A DNA stretch of 64,000 bases from Octopus sinensis (GCF_006345805.1 NC_042997.1:17422001-17486000); one strand, 5' to 3'; positions 1 to 13,671 are shown, counted from the first letter of the stretch. Program-made: numbers and translations. Notes: generated by a model from the sequence alone, not told the origin.

Positions 1-271
1 TTACAGGGTCGTAAATGCAACAGCATTGGTTGTCAAGTGATGTTGGGGAAACAAACACAGACACAAAAATATATACACACACATACACATATATATACAT
101 ATATACGACGGGCTTCTTTCAGTTTCCATCTACCAAATCCACTCACAAGGTTTTGGTCGGCCTTGTAGAAGACATGGCTATAATAGAAGACACTTGCTCA
201 AGGTGCCACACAGTGGGACTGAACCCAGAACAATGTGGTTCGTTAGCAAGCTACTTACCACACAGCCACTC
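1..271 (-). mobile_element. tRNA-derived SINE (family A), cut by the window edge
   Basis: Minus strand reads GAGTGGCTGTGTGGTAAGTAGCTTGCTAACG...GGGTTCAGTCCCACTGTGTGGCACCTTGAGCAAGTG (A-box/B-box-like head). Same body as the copies at 49460 and 50215, with an internal (CA/TA)n. Confidence 0.85.
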
Positions 272-273
272 TT

Positions 274-319
<46 letters not shown>

Positions 320-392
320 GGGTGTGTGTGATTGTGTATAGAAGAATATATTAATAAAACGTGAAAATCAGACAAGGTTGGAATTCCTTTTA

Positions 393-441
<49 letters not shown>

Positions 442-1964
442 CATCATTGTTTTTGTTTCTCTGTAGTTCACTGCTGGAGCCTTGAACACTCTTATGTCTT
501 GTGTATTGTCATAAGCTGTCACAGTACACAGTCTTCATGTAGAAGATAAAGAGAAATATTCTAAACTAATGTAAGACTTGGTTTTCTGAGAAAAAACTTC
601 TAGCTTACCAGTGACTTCCAACACTCATACTCAAGGGAAATTACTTAAAGGAAAAGTTAATTTGAGAGATGATGAAAATATTTTTGTTCAGTTTCCTATT
701 TTGTCACAACCAAGCACCATTTGAGAATTGGTTGAACAATATGTGTGACAATCAAAAATTTATTATCTAAACTAAAACTTGGTTGTTGCTCCCACTCTCA
801 TGCAGCCAAAGTGAAACATTTAATCTACAAAATATTGAAGATATTATAATGAAGAAAAACTATGCTGTCTGAGAATAGAGTTGATTAATATATATCATCA
901 TCATCATCATATATATATATATATATATACACACACATTCATATATATGTATACTCATGCACACATGTGTGATTCACAATACAAACTTCAATTTACCTAA
1001 ACAAGAGTTACTTTCCTTAAAAAGTAATTAGAGTCATCACAAGAGCAATGTTTATGAGGTCAGAAATATGTACATATGTTATCTTTATTTTATACATGTA
1101 TTGAAAATGGATGTAAATCGATGAGATACTCATATACATTATACATAAATGTTTGTATGTGTGTATATGTGTTGTATGTGCATATCTTATTCTATGTGTA
1201 TATGCACAGAATCATATGTATATTTATTTACAGGTATATGAACAGAAACATGTATTACCATCACCACCCTCATTGCTTTTACATTCACTTTTCTTTGCTG
1301 GCAAAAGGCTGGACAGGACGTTGAGAAGGCATTTTACAGCTGGATGCTCTTCCTGATACCAACACTTTTAACCACTTCTTACAACAAGAAGGAATACAAT
1401 ATACATATTCTAAAAACTAGTATCATATGTCTGTGTGTGTGTATGTGTGGGTGTATGTATGTGTTCAATGAGCATATGCTGAACTATACATGTATATTTA
1501 ATTACAGATATATACATAGATTCAGTTCACAGAAAAACATACATACATGTTTACAAGTGTGTGTGTGTGTGTGTGTGCATGCGTGCGTGCGTGTGTGTGT
1601 GTGTATGTGTGTCTGTGTCTGTGTACGCACATGTGTGAATATATTTCCATGTTATTAACAAAAGTTTAGAGGATTTATATTTATTGTAAATAAGATTGTT
1701 TTCCCAACCAAGCTAAGCACCACAACTATAATTGAATTTATTCTTTTGGGAACTTCTGAGTGTATTTATGATTTCAGAAATAGCGTCATACTTGATGGAG
1801 AAGAGAAAGAAATATTTCAGAATAAGATAAATTTTACCATGGAGATAAAGTATGCATATTATTATTTACACACACATAAACACGCATACACACATATATG
1901 TGTGTGTGTGTGTATACATGTCTCTCTCTTTCTCTCTGTATATGTATGTATATTTATATATATA

Positions 1965-4900
1965 TATATATATACAAAATAGAAAGAATGAGCAACCATA
2001 ATGATGATAATGATTTAGGTTTGTTTTATTGGCCATCAAGGCACAAAATATTGGGAACAACATGAAAGAAAATAAGAAATAAGAAACAATGGGGGATTTA
2101 AATCAAGTAAAAAGGTTGAGATAGCAACAATAATAAAGACATTAATAAATAGATTAATAATTGTTTCTAATTTGGGCATAAGGAGAAAAATTTTGAGGGA
2201 AGCCAGGCGATTGCATTAATGCCAGTTTTTGACTGGTACTATATGTAGAGCAAAATTTACCTTAGTGAGATCTAAACTCAGAATGGAGAGAGCCAGAAAA
2301 AATACTACAAAGCAATGTTTTCAGCATTCTACTTGTAAGCCTACTTAGCCATGCCAATTTCATCAACCTCATCCTACTTTCTACCCTCATCTGGCCAGTG
2401 GGAGGAAGGGAATAAAAATAAAATATCTTTGATCCAAAGACTTGGCTGAATACTTGTAACTGTGTACTCTATTGAAGGTATTCCCAAAGGCCAGGTGGTG
2501 GTGGTGTTAAATCAGATTAAGTCTATCATTCAAGGACAGGGACAGTTCCATCTATGGGTTCAAGCTTCCACATAGTTTCTTTCCAGCAAAGGCTTTGATT
2601 ATCCTAATTCTATAGTAGTAGACACTTGCCAAAGGGATTATATGGTGGAACTGAACCTAAAACCAAGTGACTGCGAAGAAAACTTTTTAATCATATAGCC
2701 ATTGAGATATCTACGGCACACATCTATACACACATACATATATTTTGGGGATTCATATAGGTAGCATCTATATTGATGAGTTTATTATTTATTTGGATAC
2801 ACCTTACTCTATTTGCTAATGTATCCAAACATATAGGTGTATCTATCATCATTGTGTTTATCTAAATACATTGATGCACATAAACAAAATGCTGAGGAAA
2901 TGCATAAACAGTGCAAACAAACAATGAACATAGAATAACAGACATAGAATAAAACTACATAAATATGTAAGAAGAAGAGAAATAAAGATATAGAAATCCA
3001 CATATACACACATATGTATGTACAGGCACCCATTGATTGAATAGACAAAGTAAACAAAACCAAAATATAGATAAAAAGACAACTGAGATAGTGACCCAGA
3101 AGCTAAAATTTACTCTCTAAACATCACTAAATGAATTCTAATGAATCCTTGGAAATGTTTATACACTACTGAAAGAACGAAACACAAATAAAAAAGAGTG
3201 CTCCATGTTTTTCAAAGGAGAGATCGACTTTGTTTGATGGAAACTAGCATGTAGAAAAATTACTAAAAGAGTGATGCTAATCAGTTCCCTAACATGATGG
3301 CTTTCAATTTATAGTTAAAAAAAAAAAAAAAACTTATTTAGAAATAGTTTCCGGTTTCCTTTGAAGTTCCTCACAACATTAGCATTGGGTTATATATATA
3401 TATATGTATATGTGTGTGTTTGTATGTGTATATATGTATATATATGTGCATATGTATATATATATGTGTATATATATATATATATATATACAAAATAGAA
3501 AGAATGAGCAACCATAATGATGATAATGATTTAGGTTTGTTTTATTGGCCATCAAGGCACAAAATATTGGGAACAACATGAAAGAAAATAAGAAATAAGA
3601 AACAATGGGGGATTTAAATCAAGTAAAAAGGTTGAGATAGCAACAATAATAAAGACATTAATAAATAGATTAATAATTGTTTCTAATTTGGGCATAAGGA
3701 GAAAAATTTTGAGGGAAGCCAGGCGATTGCATTAATGCCAGTTTTTGACTGGTACTATATGTAGAGCAAAATTTACCTTAGTGAGATCTAAACTCAGAAT
3801 GGAGAGAGCCAGAAAAAATACTACAAAGCAATGTTTTCAGCATTCTACTTGTAAGCCTACTTAGCCATGCCAATTTCATCAACCTCATCCTACTTTCTAC
3901 CCTCATCTGGCCAGTGGGAGGAAGGGAATAAAAATAAAATATCTTTGATCCAAAGACTTGGCTGAATACTTGTAACTGTGTACTCTATTGAAGGTATTCC
4001 CAAAGGCCAGGTGGTGGTGGTGTTAAATCAGATTAAGTCTATCATTCAAGGACAGGGACAGTTCCATCTATGGGTTCAAGCTTCCACATAGTTCTTTCCA
4101 GCAAAGGCTTTGATTATCCTAATTCTATAGTAGTAGACACTTGCCAAAGGGATTATATGGTGGAACTGAACCTAAAACCAAGTGACTGCGAAGAAAACTT
4201 TTTAATCATATAGCCATTGAGATATCTACGGCACACATCTATACACACATACATATATTTTGGGGATTCATATAGGTAGCATCTATATTGATGAGTTTAT
4301 TATTTATTTGGATACACCTTACTCTATTTGCTAATGTATCCAAACATATAGGTGTATCTATCATCATTGTGTTTATCTAAATACATTGATGCACATAAAC
4401 AAAATGCTGAGGAAATGCATAAACAGTGCAAACAAACAATGAACATAGAATAACAGACATAGAATAAAACTACATAAATATGTAAGAAGAAGAGAAATAA
4501 AGATATAGAAATCCACATATACACACATATGTATGTACAGGCACCCATTGATTGAATAGACAAAGTAAACAAAACCAAAATATAGATAAAAAGACAACTG
4601 AGATAGTGACCCAGAAGCTAAAATTTACTCTCTAAACATCACTAAATGAATTCTAATGAATCCTTGGAAATGTTTATACACTACTGAAAGAACGAAACAC
4701 AAATAAAAAAGAGTGCTCCATGTTTTTCAAAGGAGAGATCGACTTTGTTTGATGGAAACTAGCATGTAGAAAAATTACTAAAAGAGTGATGCTAATCAGT
4801 TCCCTAACATGATGGCTTTCAATTTATAGTTAAAAAAAAAAAAAAAACTTATTTAGAAATAGTTTCCGGTTTCCTTTGAAGTTCCTCACAACATTAGCAT

Positions 4901-4995
4901 TGGGTTATATATATATATATATGTATATGTGTGTGTTTGTATGTGTATATATGTATATATATGTGCATATGTATATATATATGTGTATATATATA
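1965..4995. repeat. Near-identical tandem duplication, unit about 1515 bp (1965-3480 / 3480-4995)
   Basis: Direct comparison: TACAAAATAGAAAGAATGAGC at 1973 and 3489; GAAGTTCCTCACAACATTAGC near the end of both units. The differences I found are a 1-bp indel and a poly-A length change. Confidence 0.95.
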
Positions 4996-5178
4996 TATAT
5001 ATATTTACATACATACATATATACACATACATATACATACATACACACATACAAATATATACATACACATACATACATATATATATATATACACACACAT
5101 ACATACATATACATACACACATACATACATATACATACATACACACATACAAATATATACATACACATACATACATAT

Positions 5179-5245
<67 letters not shown>

Positions 5246-5289
5246 ATATATACACATATAGCATATAGCACATAGATGTATACATATGT

Positions 5290-5520
5290 AATTGGCCCCA
5301 TTCTCTTTAACATTACACCAAAACACATTAAAGCAGAAGTAGACCCCATAAAGTTCAAGAAATATCGGATAAACTTTCTACACCCAGATATGTCTTCATA
5401 AACAATAACCCTCTACTTGAGTGGGCCATGTTGTCCAATTCCAGATTCAAATAACTTTGCCAAGTAGTGCTATTAAGTTAGATGTGGCCTGGGCCAATAC
5501 TAGCTGAAAACCTATCAAAG
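5290..5520 (+). mobile_element. CR1/L2-like LINE 3' end relic
   Basis: Translates GPILFNITPKHIKAEVDPIKFKKY...NNPLLEWA, which resembles from memory the C-terminus of CR1-type ORF2. Contains frameshifts. Confidence 0.55.
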
Positions 5521-5645
5521 TATGTATATATATATATATATATGCCTATATACATAGATATATACATATGCCTTTATACATATGTATATATATATAATAT
5601 ATATATATATATATAGGCAATATTAAATCTCTTTGTGAGAAATAT

Positions 5646-5677
<32 letters not shown>

Positions 5678-5879
5678 ATGGAGAAATTGGGCAAAATGTA
5701 TAAATAGATGATGAGTAAAGCACCAGCACAGTTTTTATTACAGTTGCTATCTGTAGTTTTATTGCAGTAACTTCACTAGAGATTTCTTGAGTTGGTTTAT
5801 GTACTGCTATATGTCCATCAAATATGGAATGACTAAAATCATATATCTAATCATATATCTACACACACACATATATGCA

Positions 5880-5912
<33 letters not shown>

Positions 5913-5915
<3 letters not shown>

Positions 5916-6230
5916 AAGGTGAATGAATTATCCTAGTATGGATAATTCGGTTAACCGATACCTGGGTAGCAAATTCACATCAGAAAACACGGTTGAAGCT
6001 ATATGCCAAGGGCAGGGATCCCATGTTCTCGTGTGTAAATTTGTGTGTTTTTTTTAACTATGAATGAATGAAAGAATGGAGTTGAACGACGATTTTAACA
6101 AAATTCCTGATGAGATGGCGGCATAATGCACCCTTTATTCCTTCGGAATTAGGAATATGCAGCCTTCGAAACGTGTCGAGAGTAAAGGAATTTTGTTAAA
6201 ATTGTTGTTCGACTCCATTCTTTCATTTAT
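5913..6230 (+). mobile_element. Penelope-like terminal repeat / retrozyme-like element (about 320 nt) between (TA)n runs
   Basis: Structured island with higher GC: hairpin GAATTATCC-TAGTAT-GGATAATTC, palindrome CGGTTAACCG, and a hammerhead core. Hammerheads with a minimal helix III are characteristic of Penelope-like elements. Confidence 0.55.
6065..6229 (+). ncRNA. Type I hammerhead ribozyme inside a 43-bp stem
   Basis: CUGAUGA 6107-6113; helix II GAUGGCGGCAU/AUGCAGCCUUC; GAAA 6168-6171; helix III ACGUGU; GUC 6175-6177; helix I UUC/GAG. Flanks 6065-6107 and 6187-6229 pair with 39 Watson-Crick and 4 G.U pairs, no mismatches. Confidence 0.75.
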
Positions 6231-6933
6231 TTATATATATATATATATATACACACACACATATATATACACACACACACATATATACATATATATACCT
6301 ACACACACATTTATATAAATACACCAACACACACACACACATAACTCAAATAGATTTTTCTGAATAACCACCTGGCTATTGTGATTATCTATCAGTCTGT
6401 TACCTTTTCTTACTCTGTGTCTCTCTGTAAGTGTATATGTATGTGTGTGTACGTGTATTGAAATGTGTGAGTGTGTTGAACTACTAGTTGATGGGCTTTT
6501 GTAAGTAGAAATCATGTGTAGGTGTTAGACAGGATACTTAATTGTCAATACCTCTCTTCACTTAACTGATAGAGGCAAACACAGTAGTCCATTGTACACA
6601 AATAAAGACACAAATGAAATAGACAAATAAACATATTAAAGAAACATCCTAACAACATCAGCAACTAAAACATACCCAATAACCAATCAATGATTCAATC
6701 ACACAAACAAGTAACTCAAACAAACATATGAATGAACTTAAACTGAGGTGATCAAATTGTTATAAGTTTATTTTATACATTATGTGTTATGTGTTCAACA
6801 AACTGGGTATTGTCTGCTAAACACAAAGAGAAGAAATGAAAAAAGAAAAGCTTAATTTTTTTTTTTTTTCACACTTAAATATACTATTTGTTGTAAGTTA
6901 ACTCTGCCTTTATATACTGATTATGATATAAGG

Positions 6934-7247
6934 CAAGTGATTTTTCAACCCTTTTTAATCCATAACACACTGAATAATGTGCTAAAATAATAAAGTGTTA
7001 TGGAACACCATCAGCTTTTTAGAAGTTTAATTATGTAAAACCAAGTATCAAAATTGTTTTAGAACAGTCGTTGCTAGCATTGTGCTTTGCCTCAAAGGAA
7101 TTAACATGTAACAGTGTATTACATTAAAAACACTCAGCTTTTCTAAATAGCTTGATATTTTCCAAATCACTGAAAAAAAACCTTGCAGCACATTTATGGA
7201 CCATATGTGAAACACAAGTGTGCTATGGTGCAATGGTTGAAATATGG
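6934..7247. mobile_element. hAT (Charlie/Buster-like) MITE relic
   Basis: Left end CAAGTGATTTTTCAACCCTTTTT and right end GTGTGCTATGGTGCAATGGTTGAAA resemble CAGTG..TCAACC / GGTTGA..CACTG terminal inverted repeats. Confidence 0.45.
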
Positions 7248-8029
7248 TTAATATAAAGACATTGCTTGTATAGAACTAGATCAATTTTTTCCAGATAGCT
7301 AAAATCAATTAAATCAGACCCTATCAATAATAATAATGATAATGATGATGATAAAACCCATTTGTTGTAAAATGTTGCTGAATCTCCATGAGAACTACAT
7401 TAAAGGTATGCATGTCTTTGGAGTACTCAGCCACCCACATGTTAATTTTATCCTTGTGTGGTAAAGAAAAGTGAAAGTGACACCCATGTCTTTGATTTAA
7501 CAATGTATCTATGTATTTACTTTTCTTTCGATGTATGTATCAGTCTACTCTGAAAATACTGATAAACATTAAAAAACACAAAATGAACACCACCTTCCTT
7601 TCAGTCACCACTCATTGTCTGTCTCACTCTCTCTCTCTTTCTGTCTCACTTCCTCTCTGTCCCTCCGCTCTCCCGCTTTTAATTTAACAATGTGTGTGTG
7701 TATGTAGGTATCTACTTTTCTTTTGATATGTGCATCAGTCTACTCTGAAAATACTGATAAGCATTTAAAAACAAAAAAGGAACACCACCTTCCTTTCAGT
7801 CACCACTCACTGTCTCTCACTTTCTCTCTCACTTCCTCTTTGCCACTCACTTCAACTATACCACCTCTGCTTAACATCTTTTATTTCTCCTTTTCTTTGT
7901 ACTTCTCCCTTCAACCTTTTTACCACTAAATTATCAGTTCTAAATTAGTGAAAAAAGAATAATTAACAGGTATAAAAGTTGTGTTACTAAAGTTAAAATA
8001 GATTTAGATCTTGCTATTAGTGTGTAATA

Positions 8030-8720
8030 TTATCCAGAATATGAAGCTCTATAAATAACTTGGAAAAGTGCTACTTCATCGTCAAATTTCTAAATAATAA
8101 GAAACAAGTATCACAATGATTTAAAGGAAACATCTGTTAATTTGAATCATAGATTGCAAACAAAAGCACATTTCTTTAAGTCAACTGAGCCCCAGAATAA
8201 GGCTGCCACTTGGTTTACCATGTCCTAAGATAACAGAAAGAAGAAAACATGAAACTGAAGAGGAAACTAACAAAACATTTTCTGAAACTTGTGTGATGTG
8301 GAATCCATAATGTTAAGGTTGTGAAGTGTGATATTCCACTGAATTGAAAAAAAATAATGAAGATGGTGGTTATGGTGATGAACAAATTATAAATGTTGAT
8401 GAAACAGGAATATTTTGGAATGCATGATAAAATTTTCTTTGTAAAGAAAGAAAATATTGTAACCAGTGTTCCAAGTGGCTAATGATTGCCAAATATTTTT
8501 ATTGGGTCAAAATTTTGCTGCTGATTTAAAAATTAAAACCCAGAGTGGGTTACCAACCAGAAAACTCATATGTTCTTAAAGGTTTCAACAAACATTCCTT
8601 TACTAATTCATTAGAATTCAAATTGAAAAGGTTTGGTTATAAAATTTGTATTTGGAAATAAGTTCAAGAATTGTTCCTATTCTTAGAACAAAATGAACCA
8701 TGTCACAATGCTTAATTTCT
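8030..8720 (+). mobile_element. Degenerate Tigger/pogo DDE transposase
   Basis: 8341 onward reads ELKKNNEDGGYGDEQIINVDETGIFW, matching the Tigger GGY..EQIFNVDETGLFW motif. Downstream frameshifted pieces give ..YQPENSYVLKGFNK, similar to KPLLVYHSENPRALKG. Multiple stops. Confidence 0.8.
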
Positions 8721-10124
8721 TATCATTGCATCAATAACAAAAATAACCAAATTCTTCCTTTCCCCAACAGTAACTGATCCTTTTGGAGCCTTAACAGGAG
8801 ATGAGACAGTGAGACCTGTCTAATTCATACAAGAATCAAAGAAATGTAAAATGAATTTACCCTTATCATATACACACACACATACATGTATGAATACATG
8901 CATACATACATACATACATACAGATATGTGTGTGTATGTGTGTGTAAATAGTATATATACATACCTCTATCTGCTTGTCTATCTATCTATTTATCTATCG
9001 ACATACATACACACACACATACATGTATGTACTCATAATATCCATTTGCCTGTCTACACAAAGATGTTTGTGTGTGTATCTATGTATTGTATACAGAGAT
9101 ATACATACATTGCATGCATACATAGGCTGTATATGCTAATAATTCCTGGAGGAATTATTAGCACTTCTTTTTTTTTTTATCATTGTATTTTGAAGGGGTA
9201 ACATATTACTGGCTTCTTTATGTTTACTGTCTATTTACCGGCACTCATCAAAGAAGGAAACAGTGCTTTTTAGTCAGTATTCAAACAGAGTTTCCTTTCA
9301 GCATTCTTTCTATTGGTTAAACTTCTTCTAATTGGTTTTTATTGTATTCTTCGCAGCCAACTGCGCAGAAACACATAGAAACACTTTCAAACTCAATTAT
9401 ACACACATCATTAAAGTGTAGACTCTACATACTCCATTGGTGCAGGGAAACTTTCTTTCTCTATTTCACACTCAAATCTCTCTCTTTCTCAAATCTCTCC
9501 CCCTTTCTCCGACATTTTATTATGTTTGCTCTCATCTATGGGAAGATCCTACTAGAAGCCTCTGGAACTAAGCTATTCAAAAGCTATTCAAAGCTATCCA
9601 CTGTAAAAGACAAGACAGCTATTTATCAAACAACAAAAATAAGGAAATGGAAAGCTTTCCCTTTCTCTGAGTCTTGTAATCTATCAATTTTTCTTCCTCA
9701 AATTTCTTACCTCCCTCTTTCTCAGTCTTTCTTTTTTCCATTTTTCTTGACCTCTCTCTTTAAGGTTCCATATTCTCTTAGTGTGTTTCCCTGTCTTACT
9801 CTCTCTCAAGTAGTTTTCTTTCTTCAAAACTTTCTCTCCCTCCAGCTATCTATCTTTTTTTACTGTCTATCTCACCCCTTTCTCTCTCAGTCTCCATCAT
9901 TCTCATCTATTTTTTACTCTCTTTACGTCTCTCCCTCTCTCTCTCCAATTGTATCTTTGACATCTCTATTTCTCATTTTCTCTCTCTGCCTAACTGTCTA
10001 CATATCCTACCTAAACCTCTCTCTGCCTTCTCATTCTCCCTCTTACTTTTTCCTTGTGCCTGCTCTCTTTCTCTCTCGCTATGCTTCTAAGCTTCACTCA
10101 GTGAACTGCAAGTTTTTTGTTTAC

Positions 10125-10188
10125 CTCCTCTTTGTCAATGAAATGTCAAAAGACTTTAATCTGTATACCCACCCACTTCTCTTCTCAG
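10125..10188 (-). CDS. Candidate internal coding exon (64 nt, phase 1 to 2): xEKRSGWVYRLKSFDISLTKR
   Basis: Acceptor CCCTTTTACCTCTGTCACAG and donor GAG|GTAAAC; one frame open; unique sequence. No homology recognised. Confidence 0.35.
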
Positions 10189-11047
10189 CTGTGACAGAGG
10201 TAAAAGGGTGTGGCTGCCTGGGTATCATTTTATAAATAGGGTAGTAGTCTATCTTTAATTAAAGCTAAATTTTTTTGACAGTTCTCTTCCATGCTTGCTC
10301 GTGCACACAAATGCACACAACACTTAAGTATTAGTGCATACATGCAGACTATAAGATTACACACACACACACACACACAAATATATATGTACATGAGTAT
10401 GCTAGTACACATGTATATATATATATATATAGCTCAAAGAAGACATACATATGCACATTCATAAATATGAAGCACACATACACACACAAAAATGCAGTAT
10501 TCTGTAGACTCACATGCATACACATATATATCTAATTGTACATAGACTGATGAATCTACTCACATTATGACATTCACACAGACATGCACGTGTGCATGCA
10601 CATACACACACACACAAGTCACTATCACTTCACACTTGAGTTATAATCAGGTTGAGTGGCTTGTTAGAAACAGCAGCTAAATCTTCTTCAAATTACTCCT
10701 TAAAGTTTTGTAAAGGAAAGATACACTGAATAATGTAGACAGGTGTCTGTAATCATAAGTTTGTTAATTTATTCACTTAGGCCCGGTCTAGAACTAAACA
10801 GCCACAATATATCAAACAGATATGTAAATACACGCATTCTCGTACTAACACACACATACATATACATACACACACACGCACCATACATGCACACATCAAT
10901 ACACAATATACATACATGTGGTTATTTATACTGAAGTTTCACATATATCAAAATCAGAGTTATTATCTTGACTATTTAATTTCCATTTTATGTCCTTAAT
11001 TTTACACCTGGCACTCTTAAAGCATTACACACACACAAACACAAAAA

Positions 11048-11127
<80 letters not shown>

Positions 11128-11872
11128 TAAAGAATAAATAGAGAAAAAGGGACAAACAAAATTCATTGGAGAGTCTATTTTGTGGTTAGCCTTTGAACGG
11201 AATCAAGAAATACACACATATATGCATATGTAAAAACATAATGATATAAACACATTTCTACACACACATACACACACAATGGTATATATCTGCACACACT
11301 GAACACAGACACAAACTCATACACATACACATTCCAAAAATTCACATTGATGCTCAAGTACTGACATACACATGTATACACATGCACACAGACACACATG
11401 TATACATACACTGTCATATACATCTTTACTATAACACATTTATACAAACATATACATTAAGCAAATATTAAAAAAATGTAAAATTTAAATAAATATATAA
11501 ACAAACAACAGAAGTGGATTAGAACGGTAACAATGGATTTTGATTCCAAGAAACTAAAGTCTGTATGTTGTCTGTCACTTAAAACTGGAACATTGAATAT
11601 ATCAGAAATTTGGCATTCTTTCAATAACTTGCCTTTAACTTAATTCTTTTTATTTATTTTTTACACATGTTGTTGTGTATATTTCAGGATTGTTTCATGT
11701 GTTAGTAATACAGAAACAAAAGGAGTTACTTGTGTGTATGTAGTGTATGTGCTTATGTATAATAAGTATTAATGTTTGACATGCATACATATAAGAGTAT
11801 ATCATCCTACATATACAACATTTATTAAAAAATTTTCAGTCAGTAGCTGATCAGCTTATATATAATCTTGTA

Positions 11873-11919
<47 letters not shown>

Positions 11920-11924
11920 CATAT

Positions 11925-12180
11925 TTCATCATCATCATCAACATTTATCATCTGTTTCTTTTATGCTGACATGGGTTGAATGGCATGACAGGAACTGGCA
12001 AGGCCAGGGGCTGCACCAGGTTCCATAATCTGTTTTGGCTTGGCTTCTACTGCTGGATGCTCTTCCTAATGCCAATCACTTCACAGAGTGTGCTGCACTC
12101 TTTTTACATGACACCCTAGTTTTAGGATCTCAATTACCATTGTGGTGGGTGGATCTTCTTGAGTACAACAATGTACCACA
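11925..12180 (-). mobile_element. RTE LINE 3' end / RTE-tailed SINE
   Basis: (CAT)n tail, then CTGCACCAGG...CTGGATGCTCTTCCTAATGCCAATCACTTCACAGAGTG; reverse complement of the tail seen at 25040-25633. Confidence 0.75.
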
Positions 12181-12239
12181 TATCTTGATGCATATATAAT
12201 CAGTTAGTTGTTCATAAGTTAGACAAAAAAGCACATTCA

Positions 12240-12480
12240 ATATTTATAAGCAAATAATAGAATGGTTATATTTTATATAGCATCAAACGGTATATGACTG
12301 GCTGTGGCATATAACTGGTCAGAATGTTAGAATGGTCAGCCTGAAGTGTCATCGATATTGCTAAAGTGAAATAGTTGGCATGAAACTGACAATAACATTC
12401 TGACCAGTTATATGCCATAACGAGTAAGCATGGCCATGGATCTCAAACCAAAACTAGTAGAAGAGTAAAGGAGCATGTGA
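12240..12480. repeat. Inverted-repeat element with a perfect 25-bp stem, possibly Penelope-derived
   Basis: TGGCATATAACTGGTCAGAATGTTA (12305-12329) is the exact reverse complement of 12393-12417. Confidence 0.7.
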
Positions 12481-12519
12481 TTGTGTGTGTGTGTGGATGC
12501 ATATATATAGAATGGGCCA

Positions 12520-13655
12520 AAAGTCAACATCAACAACAGGGTAGTTTTGTTTGTTTGTAACTATATTTGCAGATTTGTATGTTTTGTTTTATGTATGTAT
12601 TCTCATGCATATAGTTGCATATCTAGACAAGACATGCTCATGTATATTTAAATGATAAATTTAAGCAAAGTTTTGCAGATCTTTACAGTTCCAGTGATGG
12701 ATTGGATCTGTAGTCTTCGAATTAGCTTTCTCCTTTCTAGTTTTGAGAAACCTAATTTCTCAAGATTGGTATTTAGGCAGTGTGTTACATATACCACGAC
12801 CCCAATAATTACAGGTATAAAACCTGAACTTGTAATCTGGATAGAGTAACTGCAGATTTCTCAAAAGTTCAGTGTAGGTATTCTCTCTTTCACTGATCTT
12901 CAGCTTTGTTAACAGCCGCTGGGCAGCTAATTTCCACAACTGTACACAGTTTCTCTTTTCTATTCCAAATCATTTTATCAGGTCTGTTGTGCTTACATTT
13001 TATTGAGGTTTTCACTGGGACATACCACTAGTACTCCTATTTATTATGAGTGGCTATGGCTTTCGTCATACTGTGGGTTCTTATTTCTTTGTCCTTGGGG
13101 TTATCCTTCCAACGGACTTCATTATATAGTGTCATAGCAATAACATCATGTCTCATTGGTAGATAATACCATGATGATACTTTTGGACTACTGTTTATGA
13201 TGTGGGTGATATCTTCGGTGTTAACTCCACAAATTCTGCATCAATTGTTATATTTTACTGCTTTTCCTGCATCTCTATCCCTTTTGTGCATCAGGTATCT
13301 AATTGATATTTCTTGTTCCTAGATTGCAAATGCATACTCTTCAAAGTGGGTGGTAGTAATCCTGCTATTGGTCCATGATAGACAGCTTTGATGATCAATG
13401 TTACTATCATCTTGGAGCTTTCTACTAACATATCCATGTGTAGTCTTCTACTCATACATGCTTATCCTTTCATCTGATGATATGTTGTAGTAGAGTCATG
13501 CAACTTCTGTGGGTATCAGATAAGGTTATCAGATAAGGAATGTTGCTCAAGGAGCTGCCTTCCAAATCTTATGATGTTATTAGTCTCATGTATGTAAACT
13601 TTGTCCAGGTCAGGTCAGATATCCATTATAGCATGTTGCTGCATCCACCATTTGA
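12520..13655 (-). mobile_element. 5'-truncated RLE-type non-LTR retrotransposon (R4/NeSL-like), 3' part of ORF
   Basis: Minus strand translates HFEEYAFAI*EQEI..CRICGVNTEDITHII..MRHDVIA (zinc-knuckle region), then KHNRPDKMIWN..VVEISCP (PD-(D/E)xK endonuclease), ending LQIQSITGTVKICKTLLKFII* at 12648. Confidence 0.85.
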
Positions 13656-13671
13656 ATAATAAAATATTAAT

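Noticed and set aside
5290-5315. GPILFNI as the RT catalytic-region motif
   Set aside because: No YxDD follows; the context fits the LINE C-terminus instead.
6545-6600. CTGATAGAGGCAAACACAGTAGTC, hammerhead-like wording
   Set aside because: The core is broken and there is no helix II; at most a deleted relic.
7120-7170. Minus-strand exon-like segment (IWKISSYLEKLSVFN)
   Set aside because: Lies inside the hAT-type MITE relic.
9300-9375. Two ATTGG (CCAAT) boxes and a TGCGCA palindrome as a promoter
   Set aside because: Motifs are too short, and no associated first exon was found.
9342-10235. Longest ORF (297 aa, plus strand)
   Set aside because: Mostly a CT-rich low-complexity tract (S/L/F), non-ATG start, no recognisable domain.
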